Source: Rhodocyclaceae bacterium
Lineage (GTDB): Bacteria > Pseudomonadota > Gammaproteobacteria > Burkholderiales > Rhodocyclaceae
Reading direction: 5' to 3'
DNA: 64,000 nucleotides
NCBI GenBank assembly: GCA_035255045.1
Contig: DATFAA010000034.1
Coordinates: 26,435-90,434, forward strand
Shown: positions 47,593 to 56,627 of the stretch, piece after piece
Numbering within the stretch: the stretch's first letter is position 1
How the letters are laid out: each line of letters opens with the position of its first letter
Notes under the pieces: model-generated
Database searches by the model: none
Told to the model about the DNA's origin: nothing
What the model saw: the letters and a program-made list of their open reading frames with translations, nothing else
Program-made: the position numbers and the translations under genes

Positions 47593-48465
47593 ATGAACAT
47601 CGTCGTCTGCATCAAGCAGGTTCCGGACAGCACCCACATCCGGGTCCATCCGGTGACCAACACCATCATGCGCCAGGGGGTTCCTGCCATCATCAACCCC
47701 TATGACCTCTTCGCCATCGAGGAGGCCCTGCGCCTCAAGGACCAGTTCGGCGGCAAGGTCACCGTGCTGACCATGGGGCCGCCCCAGGCCGAGCCCGCCC
47801 TGCGCAAGGCCATGTCCTACGGCTGCGACGAGGCGGTGCTGGTGACCGACAAGGTTTTCGCCGGCGCCGACACCCTGGCCACCTCCTACGTGCTGGCCTG
47901 CGCCATCCGCACCCTAGATGCCGAAAGCCCGGTGGACCTGGTGTTCACCGGCAAGCAGACCATCGACGGCGATACCGCCCAGGTTGGCCCGGGCATCGCC
48001 AAGCGCCTCGAGATGGAGCTCCTGACCTACGTCTCCCGCATCGTCTCGGTGGACCGGCAAGCCCGCAGGATCAGGGTCGAGCGCCGGGCCGAAGGCGGCG
48101 TCCAGGTGCTGGAGACCCGGCTGCCCGCCCTCATCACCATGCTGGAGGGCAGCAACGAAATCCGCTTCGGCTCCGCCCCCGACATGTTCCGGGCCGCGCG
48201 GGCCGAAATCCGCGTTTGGGACCGCAACGCCGCCGGCATCGACGACATCAAGAAGGTGGGCCTGAAGGGCAGCCCCACCATCGTCAGCCGGGTTTTCGGA
48301 CCCACCCCCCGGGCCGAGAAGGCTAAGCAGATACCCTTCGACCCCCAGACCCCGGAGGCCGCCGCCCAGGCTCTCCTGGAGCAGGTGCTGGCCGAAGTGC
48401 CCAAGGTGAAGAAGGAACTGGACGGAAGGAAGAACGCCGCGACCGAAGGAGCCAGCCATGAGTAA
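47593..48465 (+). CDS. fixA: electron-transfer flavoprotein beta subunit, FixA type
   Basis: [18 protein letters not shown]...[19 protein letters not shown]...[11 protein letters not shown]. Confidence 0.9.
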   Translation: MNIVVCIKQVPDSTHIRVHPVTNTIMRQGVPAIINPYDLFAIEEALRLKDQFGGKVTVLTMGPPQAEPALRKAMSYGCDEAVLVTDKVFAGADTLATSYVLACAIRTLDAESPVDLVFTGKQTIDGDTAQVGPGIAKRLEMELLTYVSRIVSVDRQARRIRVERRAEGGVQVLETRLPALITMLEGSNEIRFGSAPDMFRAARAEIRVWDRNAAGIDDIKKVGLKGSPTIVSRVFGPTPRAEKAKQIPFDPQTPEAAAQALLEQVLAEVPKVKKELDGRKNAATEGASHE

Positions 48466-49534
48466 TGCCAAGACCGACAAGCCGATCAAGAAGCGCAAGA
48501 TCAAGCTGGACGAGGCCCTGCTGGCCTACCGGGGAGTCTGGGTCTTTGTCGAGAGCGAGCGGGGCCATGTCCATCCCGTCTCCTGGGAACTCATGGGCCA
48601 GGCCCGGCAGCTCGCCGACCAGCTCGGGGTCGAGGTCTGCGGCGTCGTCATGGGCGCCCCGGGGCCGGCCCTGGAGGCCCAGTGCCAGGCTGCCTTCGCC
48701 TACGGCGCCGACCGCTGCTACCGGGTGGCGAGCCCGGTGCTGGCCGACTACCGCAACGTCCCCTACACCCAGGCCCTCACCGACCTGGTGAATGCCCACA
48801 AGCCGGAAATCCTGCTCCTCGGCGCCACCACCCTGGGCCGGGACCTGGCGGGCTCGGTGGCCACCACCCTGAAGACCGGCCTCACCGCCGACTGCACCGA
48901 GCTGGCCATCGACCCGGAGGACCGCTGCCTGCTGTCCACCCGCCCGACCTTCGGCGGCAGCCTGCTGTGCACCATCGTCACCCTCAACTACCGGCCCCAG
49001 ATGGCCACCGTGCGCCACCGGGTCATGCCCATGCCGGAGCCCCAGCCGGAGCGCAGCGGCCTCATCATCGACTTCGACCCGGGCCTGATCGAGACCGACA
49101 TCGTCACCAAGGTCCTGGAATTCATTCCCGACGAGCAGCGGGACAAGCCCCAGCTACCCTACGCGGAGATCATCGTCTCCGGCGGCAAGGGCCTGGGCAA
49201 GGCCGAGAATTTCAAGCTGGTGTGGGACCTGGCCCACGTCCTGGGGGCGGAGGTCGGGGCTTCCCGGGCCGCCATCCACGCCGGCTGGATTTCCGCCGAC
49301 CGCCAGGTGGGGCAGACCGGCAAGACGGTGCGCCCGGCCCTCTACATCGCCGCCGGCATTTCCGGTGCCATCCAGCACCGGGTGGGGATGGAGGCTTCGG
49401 ATTGCATCATCGCGGTCAATAACGACCCCAACGCGCCCATTTTCGATTTCGCCCACTACGCCATCGTCGGCGACTGCCAGCAGATCCTGCCGGCCCTGGC
49501 CCGCAATTTCGGCACCTACCTGGGCCGGCATTAA
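48458..49534 (+). CDS. fixB: electron-transfer flavoprotein alpha subunit, FixB type
   Basis: It overlaps fixA by 8 nt. The C-terminal FAD-binding block is [41 protein letters not shown]. Confidence 0.9.
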   Translation: MSNAKTDKPIKKRKIKLDEALLAYRGVWVFVESERGHVHPVSWELMGQARQLADQLGVEVCGVVMGAPGPALEAQCQAAFAYGADRCYRVASPVLADYRNVPYTQALTDLVNAHKPEILLLGATTLGRDLAGSVATTLKTGLTADCTELAIDPEDRCLLSTRPTFGGSLLCTIVTLNYRPQMATVRHRVMPMPEPQPERSGLIIDFDPGLIETDIVTKVLEFIPDEQRDKPQLPYAEIIVSGGKGLGKAENFKLVWDLAHVLGAEVGASRAAIHAGWISADRQVGQTGKTVRPALYIAAGISGAIQHRVGMEASDCIIAVNNDPNAPIFDFAHYAIVGDCQQILPALARNFGTYLGRH

Positions 49535-49543
49535 GGACATTCC

Positions 49544-50860
49544 ATGACTCAGCAAGCCAAAGAGAAATTCGACGTCATCGTGGTCGGCGCCGGCCCGGCC
49601 GGCAACGCCGCCGCCTACACCCTGGCCAAGGCCGGGAAGAAGGTGCTGCAGCTGGAGCGGGGCGAGTACCCGGGCTCCAAGAACGTCCAGGGCGCCATCC
49701 TCTACGCCAATGCCCTGGAGAAGATCATCCCCGACTTCCGGGACTCCGCCCCCCTGGAGCGGCACGTGGTCGAGCAGCGCATGTGGCTGATGGAAAAGGA
49801 TTCCCACCTGGGTACCCATTTCCGCTCCGACCAGTACAACCAGCAGCCGGGCAACCGCTATTCCATCATCCGGGCCCGCTTCGACAAGTGGTTCTCCGAC
49901 CAGGTGCAGAAGGCCGGCGCCCTGGTGGTGTGCGAAATGACCGTCACCGAGCTGCTGCGGGACGGCAGCGGCCGGGTCATCGGCGTCAACGTGGACCGGG
50001 AGAACGGCCAGATCTACGCCGACGCGGTGGTCCTCGCCGACGGGGTGAATTCCCTGGTGGCCAGCCGCGCCGGCCTGCGCCAGGACATCAAGCCCGGAGC
50101 CGTGGCCCTGGCGGTGAAGGAGGTCATCTTCCTGCCCAAGGACACCATCGAGGCCCGCTTCAACCTCAAAGGCTCGGAGGGCGTGGTGATCGAGATGCTG
50201 GGCGCCATCACCGAAGGCATGGTGGGCACCGGCTTCCTGTACACCAACAAGGACTCCGTGTCGGTGGGCATCGGCTGCATGCTGTCCGACATGAAGGCCC
50301 AGCGCACCACTCCGGCCGAACTGCTGGAGAAGCTCAAGGCCCATCCCTCGGTGGCGCCCCTGATCGCCGGCGGCGAGACCCGGGAATACGCCGCCCACCT
50401 CATCCCCGAGGGCGGCTACGATGCCCTGCCGCCGCAGCTTTACGGCGACGGCTGGCTGCTGGTGGGGGATTCCGCCGGCTTCGTCAATGCCGTGCACCGG
50501 GAGGGCTCCAACCTGGCCATGACCAGCGGCCGCCTGGCGGCCGAGACCCTGATCGAGCTGTCCGCCGCCGGCCAGCCGGCCAGCGCCGCCAACCTGGCCC
50601 GCTACAAGCAGAAGCTGGACGACAGCTTCGTCATGAAAGACCTCAAGAAGTACCGCAAGGTGCCGGAAACCCTGGATCGCCAGCGCCAGTTCGTGTCCGA
50701 CTACCCGGCCCTGTTCAACCAGGCCGCCTACAACTTCTTCTCCGTGGATGGCCGCGACAAGCAGAGCAAGGAGAAGGAAATCATCGGCGCCTTCCGGGAG
50801 CGCCGCAGCCTCCTGGGGCTGCTGGGTGACGCCTACCGCCTGTGGCGGGCGACCCGCTAG
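49544..50860 (+). CDS. fixC: ETF-quinone oxidoreductase-like flavoprotein, FixC type
   Basis: FDVIVVGAGPAGNAAAYTLAKAG is the FAD dinucleotide fold. The protein is 438 aa and sits between fixB and fixX. Confidence 0.9.
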   Translation: MTQQAKEKFDVIVVGAGPAGNAAAYTLAKAGKKVLQLERGEYPGSKNVQGAILYANALEKIIPDFRDSAPLERHVVEQRMWLMEKDSHLGTHFRSDQYNQQPGNRYSIIRARFDKWFSDQVQKAGALVVCEMTVTELLRDGSGRVIGVNVDRENGQIYADAVVLADGVNSLVASRAGLRQDIKPGAVALAVKEVIFLPKDTIEARFNLKGSEGVVIEMLGAITEGMVGTGFLYTNKDSVSVGIGCMLSDMKAQRTTPAELLEKLKAHPSVAPLIAGGETREYAAHLIPEGGYDALPPQLYGDGWLLVGDSAGFVNAVHREGSNLAMTSGRLAAETLIELSAAGQPASAANLARYKQKLDDSFVMKDLKKYRKVPETLDRQRQFVSDYPALFNQAAYNFFSVDGRDKQSKEKEIIGAFRERRSLLGLLGDAYRLWRATR

Positions 50861-50871
50861 GAGCATTGGAA

Positions 50872-51156
50872 ATGATGAAAGTCGAAGAGAAGCTTTACCA
50901 GAACCGCTACCGGGTGGACGCGGACCGGCCCCATATCCGCATCAAGGACGAGTCCGTCTGCAACGAGCGCTGCCAGACCCAGTCCTGCACCGTCTGTTGC
51001 CCGGCCGGCTGCTGGTCCTTCGAGGACGGCAAGATCGGGCTCATCACCGACGGCTGCCTGGAGTGCGGCACCTGCCGGGTGGTGTGCGACCAGCACAAGA
51101 ACGTGGACTGGAACTACCCCCGGGCCGGCTTCGGCATCCTCTTCAAGTTCGGCTGA
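50872..51156 (+). CDS. fixX: ferredoxin-like protein FixX
   Basis: MMKVEEKLYQNRY...CNERCQTQSCTVCCPAGCW...CLECGTCRVVC is the FixX Cys pattern. The start is at the ATG pair 50872/50875. Confidence 0.85.
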   Translation: MMKVEEKLYQNRYRVDADRPHIRIKDESVCNERCQTQSCTVCCPAGCWSFEDGKIGLITDGCLECGTCRVVCDQHKNVDWNYPRAGFGILFKFG

Positions 51157-51209
51157 GGCCCGCCGCCACCGGCGCGGTAAAATCCGGGCCTGTGACACAG
51201 GAGCAGGCC

Positions 51210-52007
51210 ATGGGATTTTCAGCGGAAACGGAAGCGGCCCTGGCGGCGGTGGCGGCCCACCTCGCCGGCGCCGGGCGGGTATTGTTCATCACCGGGGCCG
51301 GGATCTCGGCGGATTCCGGCCTGCCCACCTACCGGGGCATCGGCGGCCTTTACAACGGCCAGGCCACCGAGGACGGCCTGCGCATCGAGGACGCCCTGTC
51401 CGGCGAGGTCTTCGCCCAGCGCCCGGACATCACCTGGAAGTACCTGGCCCAGATCGAGCACAACTGCCGGGATGCCGGTCCCAACGGCGCCCACTACGCC
51501 ATCGCCCGGCTGGAGGAGGAGCGCCCCGGGGTGCTGGTCCTCACCCAGAACGTGGATGGCCTGCACCGGCGGGCCGGCAGCCGCAACGTCATCGAGATCC
51601 ACGGCGACCTCCACCACCTGGCCTGCACCGCCTGCGACTGGCGGGCGACGGTGGACAGCCTGGAGGGCTGGCCCATCCCGCCCACCTGCCCGGAGTGCGG
51701 CGAGGTGGTGCGGCCCCAGGTGGTGCTGTTCGGCGAGGCCCTGCCGATGGCGGCCGTGACCCGGCTCTACGACGAGCTGGACCGGGGCTTCGACCTGGTC
51801 TTCAGCATCGGCACCTCCAGCATCTTCCCCTACATCGCCCAGCCGGTGGTGTGGGCGGCCCAGGCCGGCATCCCGACGGTGGAGATCAATCCGGCCCGCA
51901 CCGTGCTGAGCGACATTGTCGAATACCGCCTGCCCCTGGGGGCGGCGGCGGCCATGGAGGCGATCATGGAGCGCCTGGGGAAACAGGGCAGGGTGCCGGG
52001 CCGCTGA
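51210..52007 (+). CDS. cobB: NAD-dependent protein deacylase (Sir2/CobB family)
   Basis: GAGISADSGLPTYRG, TQNVDGLH, HG, and a Zn ribbon CTACDW...CPECG. 265 aa. Confidence 0.85.
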   Translation: MGFSAETEAALAAVAAHLAGAGRVLFITGAGISADSGLPTYRGIGGLYNGQATEDGLRIEDALSGEVFAQRPDITWKYLAQIEHNCRDAGPNGAHYAIARLEEERPGVLVLTQNVDGLHRRAGSRNVIEIHGDLHHLACTACDWRATVDSLEGWPIPPTCPECGEVVRPQVVLFGEALPMAAVTRLYDELDRGFDLVFSIGTSSIFPYIAQPVVWAAQAGIPTVEINPARTVLSDIVEYRLPLGAAAAMEAIMERLGKQGRVPGR

Positions 52008-52076
52008 TCTTTCCGCCCTCTTTCCTGTCTTAGCAGGATCGAAGGCGCAGGCCTTCATGCAGGAACGGAGAAAGCC

Positions 52077-52706
52077 ATGGCTGCTGCGGCCGGCCCTGAC
52101 GTCGGGCGGCTCGAGATCCATCCGCTGCCGGTGCGGGTGGCCCACTGGATCAACGTGGTGGCCGTGGCCATCATGGTCCTGTCCGGCTGGCGCATCTACA
52201 ACGCTTCGCCCCTCTTCCCCTTCCGCTTTCCCGACAGCCTGACCCTGGGCGGCTGGCTGGCGGGGGCGCTGCAATGGCACTTCGCCGCCATGTGGCTGCT
52301 GGCGGTCAACGGCCTGGCTTATGTGGCCTACGGCCTCCTGTCAGGCCACTATCGGCGGAGCTTCCTCCCCATCCGGCCCCGGGCGCTGGGGGACGCCTTC
52401 GCCAATGCGGTCCATGGCCGCCTGCGCCATCGGGTGGGGGAGTACAACCCGCTGCAGCGCCTGGCCTACGTGGGAGCAGTCGTGCTTCTGGTCCTCATGG
52501 TCCTCTCCGGGCTGTCCATCTGGAAGCCGGTGCAGTTCCAGGTACTGGCGGGTCTGTTTGGGGGCTACGAGGGGGCGCGGCTGGTGCATTTCGGGGCCAT
52601 GGCGGCCATCGTCCTGTTCGTCGCCATCCATGTCGTCATGGTGGCCATCGTGCCCAGCACTTTCCTGCCCATGTGGACGGGCCGCTCGGCCCGGAGCAGG
52701 CCGTGA
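52077..52706 (+). CDS. cytochrome b (Ni-hydrogenase/b561-type di-heme membrane subunit)
   Basis: GGAGA Shine-Dalgarno sequence. Four TM helices carry conserved His residues (VRVAHWINV, LQWHFAAMW, RLVHFGAM, VAIHVVMV). Confidence 0.8.
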   Translation: MAAAAGPDVGRLEIHPLPVRVAHWINVVAVAIMVLSGWRIYNASPLFPFRFPDSLTLGGWLAGALQWHFAAMWLLAVNGLAYVAYGLLSGHYRRSFLPIRPRALGDAFANAVHGRLRHRVGEYNPLQRLAYVGAVVLLVLMVLSGLSIWKPVQFQVLAGLFGGYEGARLVHFGAMAAIVLFVAIHVVMVAIVPSTFLPMWTGRSARSRP

Positions 52707-53449
52707 GCCGCCGCACCTCCCTGGTTGTCCCCGGCCGCGAGCTGCAGGTCCTGGAGCGGCGCCTGTTCCTGAAGAAATCCCTGAGCCTGGGGGCGGTGAG
52801 CCTCCTTTCCGGCTGCAATCTCACCAACGACGAGGGAGTGCAGAAGGTGCTGCTGGCCATGTCCCGCTGGAACGATCGGGTCCAGGCCACCCTTTTCGAC
52901 CCCGATCGGCTGGCGCCCACCTACCCGGAGAGCGCCATCACCCGGCCTTTCCCCTTCAACGCCTTCTACCGGGAGGACGAGGCGCCGGAGGTGGATGGCG
53001 GCACGTTCCGCCTGGAGCTGGCGGGCCTCATCCGGGACCGTCGGCCCTGGAGCCTGGAGGAACTGGCCGCCTTGCCCCAGGAATCCCAGATCACCCGCCA
53101 CGTCTGCGTCGAAGGCTGGAGCGCCATCGGCCGTTGGGGCGGGGTACGCTTCCGGACCTTCCTGGAGCGGGTTGGGGCGGACCTGACGGCCAAGTACGTG
53201 GCTTTCGAGTGTGCCGACGACTACTACACCAGCATCGACATGGCCACCGCCCTCCATCCCCAGACCCTCCTCGCCCTGCGCTTCGGCGACGAGGTCCTGC
53301 CCCGCTCCTACGGCTTCCCCATGAAGCTGCGCATGCCCACCAAGCTGGGCTTCAAGAATCCCAAGCACATCATGGCCATCGAGGTCACCAACACCTATCC
53401 CGGCGGCTATTGGGAAGATCAGGGCTACAACTGGTTCTCCGGTCTCTAA
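52703..53449 (+). CDS. molybdopterin-dependent oxidoreductase (sulfite-oxidase/YedY fold), Tat-exported lipoprotein
   Basis: GTG start in a GTGA overlap with the cytochrome b gene. Twin-arginine motif ERRLFLKK and lipobox LLSGC. HVCVEGWS carries the Moco Cys, and YGFPMKLRMPTKLGFKNPKHI follows. Confidence 0.8.
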   Translation: MSRRTSLVVPGRELQVLERRLFLKKSLSLGAVSLLSGCNLTNDEGVQKVLLAMSRWNDRVQATLFDPDRLAPTYPESAITRPFPFNAFYREDEAPEVDGGTFRLELAGLIRDRRPWSLEELAALPQESQITRHVCVEGWSAIGRWGGVRFRTFLERVGADLTAKYVAFECADDYYTSIDMATALHPQTLLALRFGDEVLPRSYGFPMKLRMPTKLGFKNPKHIMAIEVTNTYPGGYWEDQGYNWFSGL

Positions 53450-53504
53450 CATCCTGAAACACTCGGGAACAGACGCGTTACCGCATCCCGGCTAGATTCG
53501 GGGC

Positions 53505-53924
53505 ATGGAAACGAGCACAAGGAAAAGAACCATGACCAGCCTTCCCAAGTTGCTGATGGCTGCCGCCCTCGCCGCCGGCTGCGCCCTGCCGGCCGCTCCC
53601 GCCTTCGCCGATCCGCCGCCCTGGGCGCCGGCCCACGGTTACCGGGCCAAGCAGCACCGCTACATCTACTACCCGGAATACCAGGTCTACTACGCCCCCG
53701 AGACCCAGCTCTGGTTCTGGTTCGGCGGCGGCCAGTGGCGGACCGGGGTCAGCCTGCCCGCCGGCATGTTCATCGGCGGCGCCCCCGGGGTGTCCCTGAT
53801 GCTCGACACCGGCTATCCCTATCAGCGCCACGGCTACGTGGTCGAACGCTACGGCCGGGGATACGGCGGGGGAGGGGGCCACGGCCATCACAAGCATCGC
53901 CACGGCGATGACGACGATGACTGA
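53505..53924 (+). CDS. secreted hypothetical protein with Gly/His/Asp-rich tail
   Basis: Signal or lipobox sequence (LAAGCALPAAPAFA). The core is rich in aromatic residues and the tail reads GRGYGGGGGHGHHKHRHGDDDDD. The start may instead be the second Met, at 53532. Confidence 0.55.
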   Translation: METSTRKRTMTSLPKLLMAAALAAGCALPAAPAFADPPPWAPAHGYRAKQHRYIYYPEYQVYYAPETQLWFWFGGGQWRTGVSLPAGMFIGGAPGVSLMLDTGYPYQRHGYVVERYGRGYGGGGGHGHHKHRHGDDDDD

Positions 53925-53936
53925 CGGCGCGCCGGG

Positions 53937-56039
53937 TCAGGAGGCTGAAAAGGACAGCCAGCGGTGGTCGGGCCGGTAATCCCTGACCCAGGCCGGGATG
54001 GATTCGGCCGGCATGGGGCGGGCGATGCCGTAGCCCTGGGCGAGATGGCAGCCCATCTCCAGGAGCCGGAGGCCGTGCTCCACGGTCTCCACCCCCTCGG
54101 CGATGACCTCGCGGCGGAAGGCCCGGGCCAGGCTGATGACGCCATCCACGATGGCCAGGTCCTCCGGGTCCTCCAGCATGTCGCGGATGAAGGACTGGTC
54201 GATCTTGAGGAGGCGGGCGGGAAGGCGCTTGAAGTAGGCGAGGGACGAGTAGCCGGTGCCGAAGTCGTCCAGGGCGAAGGACAGCCCGAGGGACTGGCAG
54301 CGCTTGATGACCTGGCCGACGTAGTGGATGTCGTCGAGGGCGGCGGTCTCGAGGATTTCCAGTTCCAGCCACTGGGGCGGCACCTGGGGCTGGGCGGAGA
54401 GGAAGGTCTGGAGCCGGTCCACGAAACCGTCGGACTGCAGCTGCTTGGCCGAAATATTGACGCTCACCGGCAGTTCCAGCCCGGCCAGCTGCCAGGTCCG
54501 CATCTGGGCCAGGGCCGTGGCGATGACCCATTCCCCAAGGACGATGGAGAAGTCGGTCTCCTCCACCAGGGGCAGGAATTCCGCCGGCGACATCAGCCCC
54601 TCGTCGGGATGCTTCCAGCGCAGGAGGGCCTCGGCGCCGATCACCTTGCCCCGGCGCATATCCACCTTGGGCTGGTAGAAGAGGAGCAGTTCGCCGGCGG
54701 ATAGGGCGGTCTCGATGCGGGACAGGCGCTCCCGGTGGGCGCTGAGCTGGCGGTCATGCTCCGAGTCGAACAGGTGGTAGCGGTTGCGGCCGCCTTGCTT
54801 GGCCACGTACATGGCCTGGTCGGCGTGGCGCAGCAGGACGTCGGGGTCGGCGCCGTCGTTGGGGTAGAGGGTGAGGCCGATGCTGGCGGACAGCTCGATC
54901 TCGATGCCGTCGATGGCGTAGGGCGCCGACAGGGTGGCCAGGACCCGCAGGGTGGCTGCCTCGCAATCCCCGAAATCCTGGGCCTTGATGATGAGGACGA
55001 ATTCGTCGCCCCCCAGGCGGGCCACGGTGTCGGCCGACCGGACGCAGGCCCGCAGGCGCCGGGCCACTTCCACCAGGAGAAGGTCGCCGGCGGCGTGGCC
55101 GAGGTTGTCGTTGATGGGCTTGAAGCCATCCAGGTCCAGGTAGGCCACCGCCACCACCTCGCCGGAACGCTGGGCCTGGTTGAGGGCCTGCTGGATGCGG
55201 TCGCCGAGCAGCACGCGGTTGGGCAGGCGGGTGAGGGGGTCGTAGTGGGCCAGGTATTCCAGCCGCTGCTGGTGTTCCTTGAGGGCGGTGATGTCCGAGA
55301 AGATGAAGGTGTAGTGGGAGGTGACGCCGCTCTCGTCCACCACGGCGGTGGCGGTGAGCATTTCCTGCAGGTGCTCGCCGTTCTTGCGCCGGGCCCGGGT
55401 TTCACCCCGCCAGTAGCCGTTTTCGGCCAGGGCCCAGAGGGCGGTCTCCATCAGGTCGAGGTCGCCGCCGCTGTCGGCGAAGTGCTGCCGCAGGTCGCGG
55501 CCCAGCAGTTCGTCGTGCTCGAAGCCGGTCCACTGGCTGATGGTCGGGTTGCAGTCCACGATCCGCCACTGGCTGTCGGTGATGATGATGCCTTCGCTGG
55601 CCTGGTCGAAAACGCTGGCCGCCAGGCGCAGGGAGGCTTCCGCCCGCTTGCGCTCGGTTATGTCGGAGGACGTGCCGTGGTAGCCGGCGAATTCGCCATC
55701 CGGGCCGAAGACCGGCTCGCCGTGGATGGCGAAGTAGCGGATGTCGCCATCGGGCATGGCCATGCCGTATTCCAGATCCCGGAAGCTCTCGTGCGCTTCC
55801 AGCAGGGCCCGGTGGGCGGCCCATTCCGCCTCGGACAGGGTGGTCGGCAGCTCCCAGCGCCGCTTGCCCATGAGGAAGGTGTCGTCATAGGAGATGTCGA
55901 GGCGGTTGGCCTGGTAATAGGTGTAGCGGAACTCGGCGTCCTGCTCCCAGTACCAGTCCGTGGAGAGGTTGAGCAGGCTGCGAAAGCGATCCGCCGAAGC
56001 CCACAGGGCATCGATCTGCGGTTTGATCTCCCTCGCCAT
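53937..56039 (-). CDS. cytoplasmic PAS-PAS-GGDEF-EAL c-di-GMP protein
   Basis: Two PAS/PAC domains, GGDEF with an RSAD I-site and RLGGDEF, and EAL reading AEALLRWKHPDEG. Confidence 0.9.
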   Translation of the reverse strand: MAREIKPQIDALWASADRFRSLLNLSTDWYWEQDAEFRYTYYQANRLDISYDDTFLMGKRRWELPTTLSEAEWAAHRALLEAHESFRDLEYGMAMPDGDIRYFAIHGEPVFGPDGEFAGYHGTSSDITERKRAEASLRLAASVFDQASEGIIITDSQWRIVDCNPTISQWTGFEHDELLGRDLRQHFADSGGDLDLMETALWALAENGYWRGETRARRKNGEHLQEMLTATAVVDESGVTSHYTFIFSDITALKEHQQRLEYLAHYDPLTRLPNRVLLGDRIQQALNQAQRSGEVVAVAYLDLDGFKPINDNLGHAAGDLLLVEVARRLRACVRSADTVARLGGDEFVLIIKAQDFGDCEAATLRVLATLSAPYAIDGIEIELSASIGLTLYPNDGADPDVLLRHADQAMYVAKQGGRNRYHLFDSEHDRQLSAHRERLSRIETALSAGELLLFYQPKVDMRRGKVIGAEALLRWKHPDEGLMSPAEFLPLVEETDFSIVLGEWVIATALAQMRTWQLAGLELPVSVNISAKQLQSDGFVDRLQTFLSAQPQVPPQWLELEILETAALDDIHYVGQVIKRCQSLGLSFALDDFGTGYSSLAYFKRLPARLLKIDQSFIRDMLEDPEDLAIVDGVISLARAFRREVIAEGVETVEHGLRLLEMGCHLAQGYGIARPMPAESIPAWVRDYRPDHRWLSFSAS

Positions 56040-56126
56040 ATTCTTGTTGAACCCCCTTGCTAGGTGTTCCAGCGGTCATGGCCGCGGGATGTAGGCCGGG
56101 AGTATAAGGGGAGTCCGCGCCGCGGC

Positions 56127-56579
56127 TCAATCAGAGCCAGAACGTACGGCGTCGGCCCAGCAGTTCGGGGTCTCGTACAGACGGACCCGGTCGAGGCGCA
56201 GATGGTTGCCGTAGGTATCCCGGTAAACCGCGTCAAGGATGCGGAAGGCGATGCGGGCGAGGTTCTCGGCCGTCGGCACCCGATCCAGGATGACCGTCTT
56301 GTGGCCCGGCAGGGCGGCCAGGAAATCGACGATGGCCTTGTCTCCGGCGTAGGCGAGGAAGGCGTGGTCCCACTGGTCCACCACGTGTTCCTTGGCGATG
56401 TCCTTCACCTGGGAGAAGTCCATGACCATGCCGTTGGCGGCATCGCCGTCCTTCTCGATGACCTCCCCCGAGAGGGTGATTTCGATGGCGTAGCGGTGCC
56501 CGTGCAGATGGCGGCACTGGCTCTTGTGGTCGGGAATGCGATGGCCGGCGTCGAATTCGAGGCGGCGGGTGATGAACAT
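56127..56579 (-). CDS. queD: 6-carboxy-5,6,7,8-tetrahydropterin synthase
   Basis: FDAGHRIPDHKSQCRHLHGHRY...MVMDFSQVK shows the QueD/PTPS Zn-His and Cys motifs. Confidence 0.85.
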   Translation of the reverse strand: MFITRRLEFDAGHRIPDHKSQCRHLHGHRYAIEITLSGEVIEKDGDAANGMVMDFSQVKDIAKEHVVDQWDHAFLAYAGDKAIVDFLAALPGHKTVILDRVPTAENLARIAFRILDAVYRDTYGNHLRLDRVRLYETPNCWADAVRSGSD

Positions 56580-56627
56580 CGGGGCGGGGCAGGTGATGAA
56601 AGGAACCGGCGATTATACAATGGCCCC

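Noticed and set aside
47593-51156. fixABCX as evidence of a nitrogen-fixation island
   Set aside because: No nif, rnf or nifA genes occur in the window. FixABCX homologues also serve other electron-bifurcating roles, so no diazotrophy claim is justified from this sequence.
51210-52007. Sir2-domain gene as a possible anti-phage (Thoeris/DSR/SIR2-HerA-type) effector
   Set aside because: It is a 265-aa canonical CobB-type sirtuin with an intact Zn ribbon and deacylase motifs. It has no fused or adjacent sensor, helicase or TIR partner, and it sits in a metabolic (fixABCX) context.
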